Source: Octopus sinensis (Eukaryota). Taken from it: DNA of 64,000 bases. Location of the stretch: assembly GCF_006345805.1 (NCBI RefSeq), contig NC_042999.1:87606001-87670000 (forward strand), given 5' to 3'. The position numbers and the translations under genes are program-made. The notes under the pieces were generated by a model. That model was not told the DNA's origin. It ran no database searches and worked only from the letters and a program-made list of their open reading frames with translations. Below, in pieces: positions 39,200-52,851 of this stretch (positions are counted from its first letter, which is position 1; each line of letters begins with the position of its first letter).

Positions 39200-39570
39200 A
39201 CATCTTTGTCTTTTTGACGTCTATCAGCTTATGACTGTAAATGATTGTCTCCACCTCTTACCAGTCATATTCAGTGCTGAGCAGCTGTAGCGCAGTACTT
39301 GTAATTTTAGAAATTGTCCGAAGGCTGGAAGAGAAGTATTGAATGAGTGTATCAGTTATTCGACTGGCTGTTCCGTTTAGGTTAGACGTGGTTAACTGTG
39401 AAATATGGCTCATGCTAGAAGTAGATGAACAATTCTGACAATGTAAAGTACCAAAGGCTTCAAGAGGAAGACGTTGCAGCGTTGCAAGATGATGTGTGCT
39501 GAGTTGTTTTGATTAGAAAGAGGACAGATGAACCGATGTATCACATGGCACTGAGGTCGTTTGGTAAACA
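39200..39570 (-). mobile_element. Possible decayed Penelope GIY-YIG remnant
   Basis: Minus 'GPQCHVIHRFICPLSN....LYIV'-like text weakly resembles PLE 'HRFSC.SSN..Y...LYIGQT'. Confidence 0.25.
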
Positions 39571-39616
39571 GCGGGTTACGGAGTACAAAAGAATTCCTTT
39601 TGTATTCAAATTAGAA

Positions 39617-40020
39617 CAGCGGTTCTCAATCGGCGGACCATGACCAAATTGTTTGTGGTTCACAGCAAAAAGACAAAAAAGAAAAAAAAGAAACGAAAAA
39701 ATCATTTGGCACATATTACAATAGTATCTAACATTAGAGTATATCTGTATTTGTTCATACGTAGATATATTTTAATTGTTTTTCATTAGCTTTCATTACT
39801 TGAAGAGTAATTGAATTTGTTTTGTTTAATGTTTGGTTTAATTTCATTGATTTTTATGGTTAAATGACTCACAAAAATATTCAGTTAATCAAAGAGCTCC
39901 ACAATAAAATATCATCTGAGAGTCCTTGGTGAGGAAGCGGTGTATCAATAATGAATCTCCCAAATATGGATAGTGCATTGTGTAAGCTCATTAAAAACGG
40001 GCCGAGATTAGAAAAATGTT
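39617..40020 (+). mobile_element. Possible hAT (Charlie-like) MITE remnant
   Basis: Left end CAGCGGTTCTCAA resembles the CAGTGGTTCTCAA TIR; no intact right TIR seen. Confidence 0.4.
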
Positions 40021-40450
40021 TTACATTAACAAACGCGGTCATTCTCAAATTAGTACTTCTTGGCATCGACGCTAAGAGTTAGTAAATGTCTATGTTATGA
40101 TAAGTGAGCATTCAGACTAGCAGAATATAGGTTTTGCTTTTATTCTGGCAGCAGTGAATAGTTCAACTAAACTGAAACCGTTCCATAGACAATATATCAG
40201 TTTAGACTGCTCTCTTACTTTGTAAAGACGTAAATCTTGCTTAAACAATGAGAGCTGTTTGCTTTTCAATGGGATTTCTCCGCCAAAACTGTAATGTTCT
40301 TTCAACAAGTTACACCACAGACTGTTTACATGAAATGCGATATGAATTGCCTTTGAAGTTTGAAAGCACGTGTGTACGGTTATTATCAAGGAATATGTTA
40401 TATATACATGTGCACGCAAATACACACACGCATACGTACATACACAGTTC

Positions 40451-40456
<6 letters not shown>

Positions 40457-40510
<54 letters not shown>

Positions 40511-40599
40511 TGTTCATATATATACGAACATATACACATATATGTTTGTATACATATACATACATATATACATACACATATATATGTATACACACAGAC

Positions 40600-40633
<34 letters not shown>
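40457..40633. repeat. (TA)n/(TACA) microsatellite
   Basis: Seen directly. Confidence 0.95.
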
Positions 40634-40635
<2 letters not shown>

Positions 40636-41354
40636 TAACTGGTTTATTTATGCATGTTGATAACCAATGCGTTGACTGCCTGTCGCCAGCCTGATTCAAT
40701 GGTACCACATCAGAAAATACCATTTTATTGATTGTTAAATCGGCTTGCTCTCCAGTTGTACCATTCACAGTGTATACTTATCTGCCATACTGGCAGATAT
40801 CCATTAACCTAGAAGACCACTACGTAAAACATTATTTTGATATGTTTCTTCTTATCTTTACGCTTGTTTTCAGGCTATCCCCATCAAATGTTGAACAAGA
40901 TTAAAAGAAAAAAAAATAAACAAGAGAGAAAATATAAACGAATAATGGAGGTAGTAAGTGAAATTAACTTTTAAAATAAGGAATTCACTTTCAAGGACAA
41001 TGTAGTTCTTAATTCTATAGTGAAAAACAGAAAAGAAAGAAATGAAAGCCTGTCTGTCACTGACATTTTTGTTCTTAGTTTACAAACATGTTCTAAAACT
41101 TTTAACCACGAATGATTTATTAAACAAGTAATCCCTATTGTGATGTAATTAAATACAACATTAGAACTTGATATCTCAGATATTGAAATGATTTAAAGAA
41201 GCAAATTTGTGTGCCTCAGTGACATTTCAATAAAACTATGCTCACATTAAAAGAGAAATCTCAGTACCACAATAAAAAAACACAGTGAGAAAATCCTGAT
41301 AATTAGAAAAAGAGAAAACTAAACTAAACTACTGCATGAGAAAGATTTGCATAG

Positions 41355-41740
41355 TTAACCGCAGATATAAGCCGTGAGACTGACGAGTTTGCTTGGCAAG
41401 CATATAGAGATAGGTTCCATTCCATAACGCAGCATCTTGATCAAATATCTTCAGCCGAAGTAAAGAGTTGAACAATGCTTTTTAAGAGATATTTTGTACA
41501 CGGAAAATGCGTGGAAGCCTATCTCTCCTTCCCCTCTTTCATCCCCTCCCTCCCCTCTCTCTGTATATAGATAGATGTATGTAAATTTATACCTTTGTGT
41601 GTATCTATGTTTAAACCGGGATAAAGCGGTGCGTTGAGACGCGTCCTTTACGCCATAAGTTAACTTAGTCGTTTAGAGGTCGCTAAATAAGGCACTGGTA
41701 TAGATATGAGCAACCAAAAGGAACAGCTATTTATGATACA
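41355..41740 (+). mobile_element. Degraded tRNA-derived SINE
   Basis: gagtttgctt..caagcatat...ggttccattcca..acgcagcatcttga.caaat.tctt...acggaaa.tgcgtggaagcc parallels the younger SINE heads. Confidence 0.55.
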
Positions 41741-41818
41741 ACCAATTTGTTTGGCTGAGTATGTTTATCAAGCGCCTGCATGTGAGCTATACACAATTTA
41801 TCCACATGTATAGCTCTA

Positions 41819-41819
<1 letters not shown>

Positions 41820-41866
<47 letters not shown>

Positions 41867-41867
41867 C

Positions 41868-41913
<46 letters not shown>

Positions 41914-41914
41914 A

Positions 41915-41983
<69 letters not shown>

Positions 41984-42045
41984 GTGTGCATGTGTATGTA
42001 TGTGCGCGCGTGTGTGAGTGACAGAGAGAGAGAGAGAGAGAGAAA
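41820..42045. repeat. (TATC)n(TCTG)n(TATC)n, TG and (GA)n microsatellites
   Basis: Seen directly. Confidence 0.95.
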
Positions 42046-45000
42046 GAGGGAGGCAAAGAAAGAGTAAGTGAGGGAGAGATGGATTGATATTGCGCAATAG
42101 AGAGAACAAAGACGAAGAGAAAGAGGAGCAAGAGTTATCTGTAGAATACTAAATGAAAAATTGCATCAAAACAAGATTAATTTTAAACAGTTACTGATTT
42201 GAAAACAATATTACCTAATATATTTTTTATGAATTGTTTCATTAATTAATTAAAAACCGACAAAGCTTCCAGCTTTGATCAGTTTTAATCTACTCTGTCC
42301 TCCTTCTTTATTTCTAAGATTTGCAGTATCAATTTTTAATCTTAATACACTCATTCTATCTCATATTCCCTGATAATCCCAATAAATCAGCTCATATAGT
42401 ATTTTTGCATTTTAAGAGGAGGGTTAAAATTGAAAATATTAATATTTCAGTTATGTTATTCTGTTTTTGTAGTGCTTTTATCTTGGTGTAAAACGGATGA
42501 AACTCGTATATACTATTTCCTCAAAATTAGCTTGCAAGCATTATTTTTCACAGCTCAATTAACGTGTTTATTAATACATCTTTGTTAATCAAGTTCAGAA
42601 CAAATTCTTATCTTTTACAATACATTTAGGATGCTACCTCCATATCTGCTATAATATATTAATCTTTATAAGATGCCTATATGAAGGACATTTAAATTTA
42701 ATCTAACATTGAATAGTTCAAATTAATATCTTCCACTTAAGCAAAAAGCAATTAACAAACGTGACAAAAATATGGAATAAAAGGTTTTCGCAAAAGTTTT
42801 GTACTCTATATTCAATTCAAACCTATTTTCTGAAGTTATACAACACATGGTAGTGTTTGGGAGTGACTGAGGCATTAAGATAGTTAGCTGTTAGATAATC
42901 TAATTCCTATTCTTTTATTAGTAGCACAATGGTAAGATGAATAAGCCCGTGAGAGAAGTTGTAGCGCTATTAATAGTTAGTTGGCACCAACGTAATGACA
43001 TCAAATAGGAACAGTACTAATTTCAGCAGACTGTTGTAAACACCGTGTCTAGCTGCGGAAAAAGAAAAAAAAATATCCGCTATATTCTATTTATTGCTGA
43101 GGAAATCTGTTGAGGTACCTATATCAGGCATCATATTAGCTACTTGATATGCTGGAGGGGAATCACTTAACGCAACAGAAATGACGTTTTCTGCCTCAGA
43201 AATCATAGTTTATGTTTTTTTTGTTAGTGGGATTAGTTTATTGCTCTCGAATCCATTACGTCACTAGTACTTGAAGAATTAAACTGAATGCGATTTGAAC
43301 TCATATTTAGTAGTTAGCCTGCTAACAACAACCATTCAGTTGCAATAATTTCAGAACTATATATAACATGTATTAATACTTGGTGTACATCAAAAATAGT
43401 ATGCTAATATGGTCGTATACCTATCTTGTATTATATTTAGTAAATATAATATAGGTACGAAAAATTGGTCAAAATGCTGTAGTAATTTTAGATACGCTGA
43501 AGGGCAACTGACTCGTCTATTTTCGTTCTCTTCTCTTCAAATATATATAAAAAGATGTAAATAAAATGCTATTCTAAATTCATTACTTACTTCTGAAGAA
43601 TTTACCTCAGTGTACTGGAATACCGACTCGTTGCTAAATGTGTTCTACATTCTAAAACTCATTTTGATTGATATTTTTATAAAGTGAAACGGATAACGTG
43701 CCTTAAACATCAGAATATGTAACAGAATGCATTTTAGAACTTAAAACAAAGAAGGATGCTAGGAAAGGGTCTATTTTCTACGTTTAGAATTTAGAAGCGA
43801 AAATAGTAAACTTCTACGAAGACCGTGGAGGCAAGTACTATTGTTATACTAACATCGCTGCTCGCTCTTATGTCATGTACTGGTTTGAATGTTGCACTGG
43901 ACAGCATAAGGTGACCTACTGATAGAACAAAACTGATGTGTCAAACTTGGTTTGCAGCTTTATTTCACTTGTAAAATTACTATCCATAGAAATTATGGTA
44001 ATCGTAAAGGAGTGTCCTCAGAGACACTTAATGTAACAAAAATCTTTATATCACATCCTACCGCCTCAAAAAGGAATACAAATACAGTAGACAAGCTAAT
44101 CATGGATACACAAGTGGTCAGGATGATCACAACTGGAATAATATTTGTCACAGGTTTTCTCAGTCAATGATGACCTGAGACTAGACAACAACATGAACAT
44201 CACAGTAGTTATTGATCCTAATCCTAAATTATCAAACATTTGTGCTTCATAAAAAGTAGACCATTAAAAAAGAAAAAAATTCTACATGGATCAATATAGC
44301 ACCAACTGTATTACACATGGTTTAGAGACACAGTTTATTTTTAAAACAAGGAAAAACAGTTTTAGATAGCGAGAAATGGAACTCAGGTTCAATTTTTTTC
44401 TTGTTTTCACTTATTTTTAATCAATATGTTATTTTTAATTGGAAATAAGCTTGAATCGAAATTCATTAAAAGCTGAAATCAATACATGAATTTATTAGAT
44501 TATAGAAATTCAATTCCAGCTGAAATTTGATTTTTAGTCTTAAAAATCCGTTCCGATCGTTCTCCAGTTCTCGATTCAAATTTATGAAAGTGTCGTAGCT
44601 TAATCAAAATAAAATTTCGAACTGACTCCCCTGCACATATAAAAATAATTGAATTTGAATTTAAATTTATTTCTCTGGGAGAAATTGATTAAATAGACAT
44701 TGATTGGTATGATTAATGCGAAATGACCTTAAATCTGAATTTTTTCGTTATTTCATGTGTAGATCGAACACAAAAAATTATATCGAAGAAAAGTTTTCGA
44801 AGAAATTAGAAATCAAATAGCTGAATAACGTATGTGCTATTTTAGTGTGTGCAATACTTCACATATTCATTGAAGCAAATGATGCTATCATATTTTGAAG
44901 GCAATGAAAGAAATTCCATTTCCACACAGGTGTTTAATGACATTTGAAATGTAAATTCACTTACAAAAGCACATATTTTTGCTACACATTCAAATGGAAA

Positions 45001-47599
45001 AACTGCATGTTTTAGCAAGTAAAATATGGGGCATTATATTGATGACGAAAGCAGCCTGCATTTATCAAATCAATAGGATATTTGTTGCGGAATGGCATTT
45101 AACGCCGTTTCGTTTAAAAATACGGAAATCGACTACATACGTTTCTCCTATTTACGTTATGTATGTATGTATGTATGAGTGAGTGTATATATATATATAT
45201 ATATATATATCTTTATATATATGTATGTATATATAAAATCACAAGCACCATGAGAATAATCCAGTTATGCCAAAAACGCGTTAGATGTTATTGATTCACG
45301 TAGATATCAATAATGTCTTTGATATCGCTCAAGTAAACCACATTCATTAATGTTTTTTATGTTTAATAACACAATGTAGCATTCTCCAGCATTCAGCTAT
45401 TTAATTACATTTGTAATGGCTGAAATCCAAAGAAATCTAGTTTCAATAAAGAATAGAGATGAAATAGTGTAAAATAGGATAGCATAGTGAAAAGCAGCTT
45501 ATATAAGTCTTATGGTGAGTGCTTTCAAGCAAAGCATAAAGACCACGAACTAAGGAGGTAGCTTCTAGGCAGAAGCTCCTGCTTTAACGCGTGTTCGTTA
45601 TGCTTTGTAATAGAAATAGCAGTCAGATCGCCTTTCAGACACACTCAACAGTTTAGAAGACAGAAAGAACACATTCAAAGGAGGAGTTTTTGATATATAA
45701 AAAAGATGTGATGTTCCCAGCTGGAGCTCAATAGATCATAAGTCTGCGCAATCAAAACTAACATGGCAGGTGAACAACAAAAACAAGTGTAAAGTCCAAC
45801 AGAGAATGACGTGGTTTCAAGTTTCGAGAGGATTTCATTTCAATTTTAGTTATATGACAATTTATTATGTATTCATGTCTTTTTGTAATTCAGTACTTGA
45901 CAAGAGGAATATTTCTTATAAATTCTAAAAGAGAAGGTGGATCTGCTTCTTTCTGAAAACTTTTTGGTACCAGATTTTCAACACAGACTTTTCTGACTTG
46001 TTCAGTTGTGGTCGCTACCTCAGTGCAGCACTAATCGCAACTTATGGGTTATCCGATTGAAGCCAACATTTCTTTCAATTGCACAACCCTCTATCTTGTT
46101 AATATATATTTTCTTGCTTCTAAGCTGTGAAACCTTTGGAACAAGTTAAATATAAATCACTATTGATTTCTTTTGTTGGAACATAGACACTCATTTGGTA
46201 TGTAGTTGTGTGGGGACAGTAGATGTACCTTGCCTACTCATGTATGTTCTGCTACTTATTGTATCAATTTATCGACTTCCGGGTAATGGAAGACAAAGCA
46301 TCAAAAGGATCCGAAATCGGAGCGGAGAGTAGCAAAACTTCAAAATTTTACGCATTTAGTTAAGTACTCTGTAAGTATTTTTGCCATTCAACCGTCCTAC
46401 TCACATTCATAATATTAGTAAACAACTATGAAGTTAAAAAAAAGTGTAAGAACTAAATACAGAAACAAAAAAAAAGAAAACAAAGTTATGTCTAAAAACA
46501 TACTGCAGACGATCAGAACGACCTGTCAGGTTAAATCTATCTGTAAAGAGGCGGTGTAAATATGTTGTTAAACAGCTTAAAGCTGTGTTTCTTTTCTTAC
46601 TCTGTAGCGTAGTGCTGTACGTGCTTAATATCTATAGTTCAAAATAAACAAGTATGTTTTTATTGTTACATTGTGTCTCTATCAGACCGATCACAATGGT
46701 AAAACACCGAGTTACTGAGACTATGCAAACAAGACTTTCGTGCGCACAATTACTAAATAGTAAACGATGAAATAATACACTATAAAGAAGATGTATTTTA
46801 TCCTAAGGCAGGATATTTTTAGACTTTTTTTTAGAAATTCTTCGGTTTTGTTATTTATTCAGTCATCAAAACAACCGGAGTATAATTGTCTCCTTCATAT
46901 GTGTTAAAGCAGTTTTTGGTAGATTGATTTACTATGTCACCTTTTCATAATTTTCTTCTATTCCTCATATATTGAAAAAATAAATGGTAAAATCATTTAG
47001 GTACATCACAAAACAAACAATTTTTTTTCTTTTCCATTAAAAAAGCCCCAAAAGACTGGTAGATACTGCTGTGCAGTGGTAAGTTATGTGAGAACGGGAT
47101 TTCTGAACTGATTCCTAGGTGGATAAGTTTTTATTTCACATTTGTCCTTTGAAAAGCATTTAATCTGTTATGAATCACAGGAATCTATTTACCATGTCAT
47201 AAAAAAAAACCTTCAGGAGAAAATGCTAGTCTATCGCAGACAATTTTCCTACAAAAGATATATTTTGCCCGCAATAAGATAAATTGAGTTTTCCCGCAAA
47301 GGCAAAAAGGTACATGCATCAGATTTGAACTTACAAATAAGCAACCATATCCATTTGGCTATTTTGTTGGTTCTGTTATTTCCACTAATATCTGAAGTTT
47401 CGTGTCACGCATTCTTACTTTTCTTTGTTGTATTTCTCTTCTTATTGGTGCTTTATTAATCTTATATCTTAGAGTTTCTGAATTATGTGTAGCAGTTAGC
47501 CTTCTTATCTTCCCATATTTTAGACTAAAACACTTGCCAAATTACAAGAGAGCAGTTGGAATCTATAGATGGGTGAAGAATTGTTTTGTGGTACATAAT

Positions 47600-47809
47600 T
47601 ACTCTCTTTTACTCTTTTACTTGTTTCAGTCATTTGACTGCGGTCATACTGGAGCACCGCCTTCAAGTCGAGCAAATCGACCCCAGAACTTATTCTTTGT
47701 AAGCCTAGTACTTATTCTATCGGTCGCTTTTGCGAACCGCTAAGTTATAGGGATCTAAATACACCAGCATCGGTTGTCAAGCGATGCTGGGGGGGGGGTG
47801 AACAGACAG

Positions 47810-47840
<31 letters not shown>

Positions 47841-48004
47841 CATATATATATATACGACGGGCTTCTTCCAGTTTCCATCGACCAAATCCACTCAAAAGGC
47901 TTTGGTCGGCCTGAGGCTATAGTAGAAGACACTTGCCCAAGGTGCCACCCGGAACCATGTGGTAGGTAAGCAAACCACTTACCACACAGCCACTCCTGCG
48001 CCTA
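47600..48004 (-). mobile_element. Near-full-length tRNA-derived SINE (inverted paralog of 31768-32170)
   Basis: Reverse complement aligns end to end with the 31.8 kb copy, with a small deletion in the head. Confidence 0.92.
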
Positions 48005-48134
48005 TGATTAGATCATTTGTTTATGTCAAGGGCGTCGATTTTACTTTGGCCCACGTTCTATTGAATATTGGGAGGGAATATGTTTCTCTTTTGTATATCT
48101 AGCTCTATGAAATCCGTGAGTGAGTAGGGAGAGG

Positions 48135-48168
<34 letters not shown>

Positions 48169-50461
48169 AGGAGAGAGATAAAGAAAGAATGAGAGATGGG
48201 AAATAAACGCTTCATAACATTACATAGCAAGATACTCCCAACCCATGCAGATATTGCTAACTGAGTTCTTATCAAATAGAATATTTCGTGGTGTGAGAGC
48301 TTTGTAATTCACAAGGCTTGTTGCTGTTGCTATTGCTAAATAGTGCTTGGTCAACTCTGATAAAACGCTCCTACGAGATGCAGGTAGACGGCCAAATGAC
48401 TAGGTATAACTTATCTATTTTGTTTACAAAATGCTTTGACTTAACTGTGTATCACATTGTACACTCATATAGAGATAAATCATATGAGACAATATAAATA
48501 AAACAAAGCAAAAGCTGGAATATTTGACGTAAATTAAGGAAAACAGTATAAATAGTTACAGTATAATGAATCACAGCAAGTAAATATAAAAGTCATTTGT
48601 TGACTGCTAGGGTAGTCACGCAAGCATACATAAGGTACGGATTAATTGAATCCACAATTGTATTACGGTTTTCGGCAGAAGTCAGTTCAATAAATTCTAA
48701 TTCTAATGTTGACTGGAAAGTCATGAACATCACAATATCTTACTCCCATTCTGTGTACATATGAGTTTGTGTTGAAGTTAGTGTACAATATAGCTTCCGT
48801 TCTTGTATACATATGTTTGTGTTCATTGAAGTACACTTCAACAAAAATTTTCGGTATATATTGAACCCAGATATAATTGTTTTTGAATGTTAATTTCATC
48901 AACGGGTCAAATCGTTTCGTCTTAATACACATAAAAGAGACTCCACAAACTTTATAGTTTTAGATGAATATTTGTAACTCATTTTGTTTCATTAGTTAAT
49001 ACAATTCTAATTCAATAGAAGATTAAAGGCGAAGGATTTGAACATACTGAACCTAGTTTTGCACTCATCCCTATTCATCACTTTACTATTCAACTAGCAA
49101 TGCTTTGAAACTGCAGGCAAAAATATTCAACAGCTGTTAGAGTCAATTACTATGGTTTTATATTATTAAAGAATAGCGTGATCGATTGATACATTTCTAC
49201 AAATCTTAAAGTCTTTTGTTCAAATATCTGGAATAACAATTAAAATTAGATTTGACTCGATTGCTATAATAAAATCCGCGTTTTCAATTGCTTGTTTGAG
49301 AGAATGAAGATAAAAGCAGTAGGTGATGGGTATACTTAATTCTCAAGTGTACTTTAAAAAAGAAGTAAATAAATGTAGGGATAATTGGAACGAGAAAATG
49401 AAAATGAATGTATAAGCGTTATCTTTTGTGAATCTTAGCCTATGAGCAATGGAATAATTCATTAAATTTTCAATGAATTATTTTTTTTGAATATTATCGA
49501 TTTTATATAATTCCCCGAAAAATTCACTTCTCTATAAAATTAATATCACGTTGTCCTCCATGATAAATAGTTACATACTAACTTGTATGTAATCACAGCC
49601 GGAAGTATCCCAATACAATTTTTGTTATTTTCTGTATTAGCCAACGCTGAAATTTTCTCCAGGTGAAAGTAACTAAAAAATCAGAAATTAATAACCAATT
49701 TCTTCTAAAGTCTGGCGTCTATTTGTCGGTGAAAATATAACAATTTAATTCGATTGAAATATAACAAAAACATCTTGCGCAATCTTGATAATATGCTAAA
49801 AAGTTTAATTTAATTTCAAATTAAAAGTCAATTATACTGCATCGAACATTTAAAAGTGATGGATGCCAACATTGGTACAGGTTCTATTGTAGATTAGATG
49901 TGAATTCTATTAATATATGTAAACTATCTTAATACTGCCAAATGTTCCTGCCATCTTTAATATTATTGTTGTTGTCATTCCTGATCAAATATATTTTTCA
50001 AATTTGATCTTTATGTTTTTCGACGGCGAGTTATGATATTTGGCGGTCTTTTTTTAGAGCAGCGAACGAACGAGTGAAGTCGGTAGCTGAGGTAGCTGGC
50101 GAACATGATTATCATTTTTGCTGCAAGATAGCGATAAAACTTTAGGTAACAAGAATATCAGTCATACGCATCGAGAAGAGCATTGTCACTGAGAATTTTC
50201 TTACTTTTTTTTACATTAATTTTTTTTTGTTTTCTGTTTTCATTCCCCACCTAATTTCTAATTTTTCTTCTTTCCTTTTTCTTTCTTCCCCTTTTTTCTG
50301 TCATATGACTTTGTAAATAAGCAATCCGGTGGGTATATTTTAATGGTCTACGAATGTATACAATAAGTTTTCTTACTGTAGGTTTCGGGAAGACATTCGG
50401 CAAGAAATGGAACCAAATTGAAAGCAGAAGAAAATAATAATAATAATCATAATAATAATAA

Positions 50462-52509
50462 TGTTTCTAGAAGAGCAGAAGGGATGCTGTAAGGGCTCAT
50501 AGGCTGTAAAGATAAATTAATGATCAATAAAGCCATAACGGAAGATAGCCGTAGAAAGAAGAAAGGCCTAAGTATGACCTGGATCGACTACCGAAAGGCT
50601 TTTGATAGCATTCCCCATACACGGATCCTGGAAACACTAGTCATGAACAAGGTAGCACCAATAATCATGAAATACATAAGCCACTCTATGAATAAATGGC
50701 AGACAGTGCTCCAAACAAAAGAGAGACTCATAAAAACCAAAGCGACCCCCATTAGAAGACGAATATTCCAGGGAGACACGCTCTCTCCACTCCTTTTCAG
50801 CTTGGCACTGACACCTTTATCTGACATGCTAAACAGAACTGAATGCGGATACAACTGTTACGGCAAAACAATCAGCCACCTCTTATATATGGAAGACCTA
50901 AAATTGCATGCTACAAATGATAAGCAGCTGGAAACATCACTACAAAACTACATGGATTTACCAAAGAAATAAAAATGAAATTTGGATTAGAAAAATGTGC
51001 CAAAGCAACCTTGAAAAGAGGAAAACTAGTTAAGAGTAGTAACATCACACTAGATAAAGCAAATGAAATAAGAGAATTAGACCAAAGCCAGACAAACAAA
51101 TATTTAGGAATCAATGAACTAGATACGATACAACACTCACGAATGAAAGAGAAAAAAAAAAGAATACTATAGTCGAGTTAGATTAATACTAAAAACGGAG
51201 CTCAATGCGAAAACCAAGACAATAGGTATTAAGACTTTAGCCGTCCCAGTTATAAGTTACAGCTACAATATCCTTAACTGGACACTAAATGAACTAGCCA
51301 AATAGACAGGAAAACAAGAAAAATAATAACAAGATCTAGGATGCACCACCCAAAATCTGACATAGAAAGGTTATATATATACAACGTATAGAAGGTGGTA
51401 GAGGCCTTATACAACTAGAAAACTATCATAAAATAACCACCATAGGACTGCAGAAATACTTACTTCAGAAGCAAAGAAGACTAATACAAATAGCCACAAA
51501 ACACAAACAAAATAAAAAACTGTTTTCAGTTTTTAAGGAAGCTGACAAATACAAACAAGAAATCATACTACCTAACAAATATGAAGAAGAAGTAACAACA
51601 AAAGCTGTAAAACAAATGAAATCCAAACTAAAAGTAGAAAAGCAACGGACCATGATAAGACGATGACAAGAAAAGCCCCTTCATGGCAAATACTGGACGA
51701 AACTAAATGCAAAAGAAAAAAGACAAGGCACAATCCCAGCAATGGCTGAGAAGCTCAGGACTCAAAGCAGAAACTGAAGGATTTTTAATTGCAGCACAAA
51801 ACCAGAAATTACCAAAAACATATAATGAAAAGAAACAGCAAGTAACTGCAGAATATGTGGAGATGGACAAGAAACAATAAATCATATTGCCTCTGGCTGC
51901 CCAGTCCTGGCTAAGAAGGAATATATTCACAGGCACGACAGAGTTGGGGCCTATATAAACTGGAAGCTACGCCAACACTATGGAATAACAACAGAAAAAA
52001 ATGGTGTAAGCATACGCCAGAAAAGGTCACAGAAAATGAAAAAGCAACAATACTATAGGATATGCCAATACACACACATAGAGAAATTGAAGCCAATAGG
52101 CCAGATATAGTTGTCAGTGATAATGAAGAAAAAAGTGCTTTCTCATTGTTGTATCAATACAAACAGATGACAACGTTTCCCTAAAAGAAATGGAGAAACT
52201 TTCAAAATACAAAGACCTGGAAATAGAGGTAACTCGAATGTGGAGTCTAAAAACAGAAACAATTCCTATCATAATAGGTGCATTAGGCATGATAAAAAAT
52301 ATTCAGACAAATACATAACAAAAACACCAGGACTTACAAATTTATATATAACATACAGAAAATAGCACTACTAGGCACTGCACACATCCTACGTAAAACA
52401 CTTTCAATTCAGTAACCAAAAGAGCATCACAGCAAACAACAGCACATATCCAAGGCACACAGAGTTGCGCTCGGTAGTGCAGTCAACGCACGTTATAAAA
52501 ATAAGGCTA

Positions 52510-52512
<3 letters not shown>
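50462..52512 (+). mobile_element. 5'-truncated R4/Dong-clade LINE inserted in (TAA)n
   Basis: 'EEQKGC', 'WIDYRKAFDSIPH', 'IFQGDTLSPLLF', 'HLLYMEDLKL' (YMDD changed to YMED), 'CRICGDGQETINHIASGC' (51847-51900), 'RHD' (51931-39), 'NRPDIVV', 'EKLSKYKDL'; frameshifts; (TAA)n on both sides. Confidence 0.95.
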
Positions 52513-52562
<50 letters not shown>

Positions 52563-52651
52563 TAATAATAATATAATAATAATAATATAATAATAATAAT
52601 GATAATAATAATAATAATAATAAATATAATAATAAAAATAATAATAATAAA
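52513..52651 (+). repeat. (TAA)n tail/target microsatellite
   Basis: Seen directly after the R4/Dong 3' UTR. Confidence 0.95.
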
Positions 52652-52851
52652 TGCCCTGATGCAGTACCAGGCAGCCTGAAGAAAATTCTAACTAGGCCAC
52701 ACCTTCAAGTTCATGCACTATTTATCTTGATGTGGCTGTGATGCATGTGCCTGGTGTACCCTTATCAGACGGGAAGTCATGATGGGTATATTGGGATTCG
52801 TATATTTTACCCCAGTTTCACTTTGATGGCATGCGCTGCTCTCACACTCAA
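52652..52851 (+). mobile_element. Short non-coding interspersed element flanked by (TAA)n
   Basis: tgccctgatgcagtaccaggcag...ctgctctcacactc followed by aataataat; recalled as a common octopus repeat, apparently internally deleted here. Confidence 0.6.

Noticed and set aside
49931-49955. miR-8/200-like seed taatactg, and similar seed-only matches at 49591, 50088 and 60106
   Set aside because: The match ends after the seed and there is no precursor hairpin
50520-51172. Intact-looking RT ORFs as a functional gene
   Set aside because: 5'-truncated, frameshifted, and catalytic YMDD altered to YMED; annotated as a dead LINE
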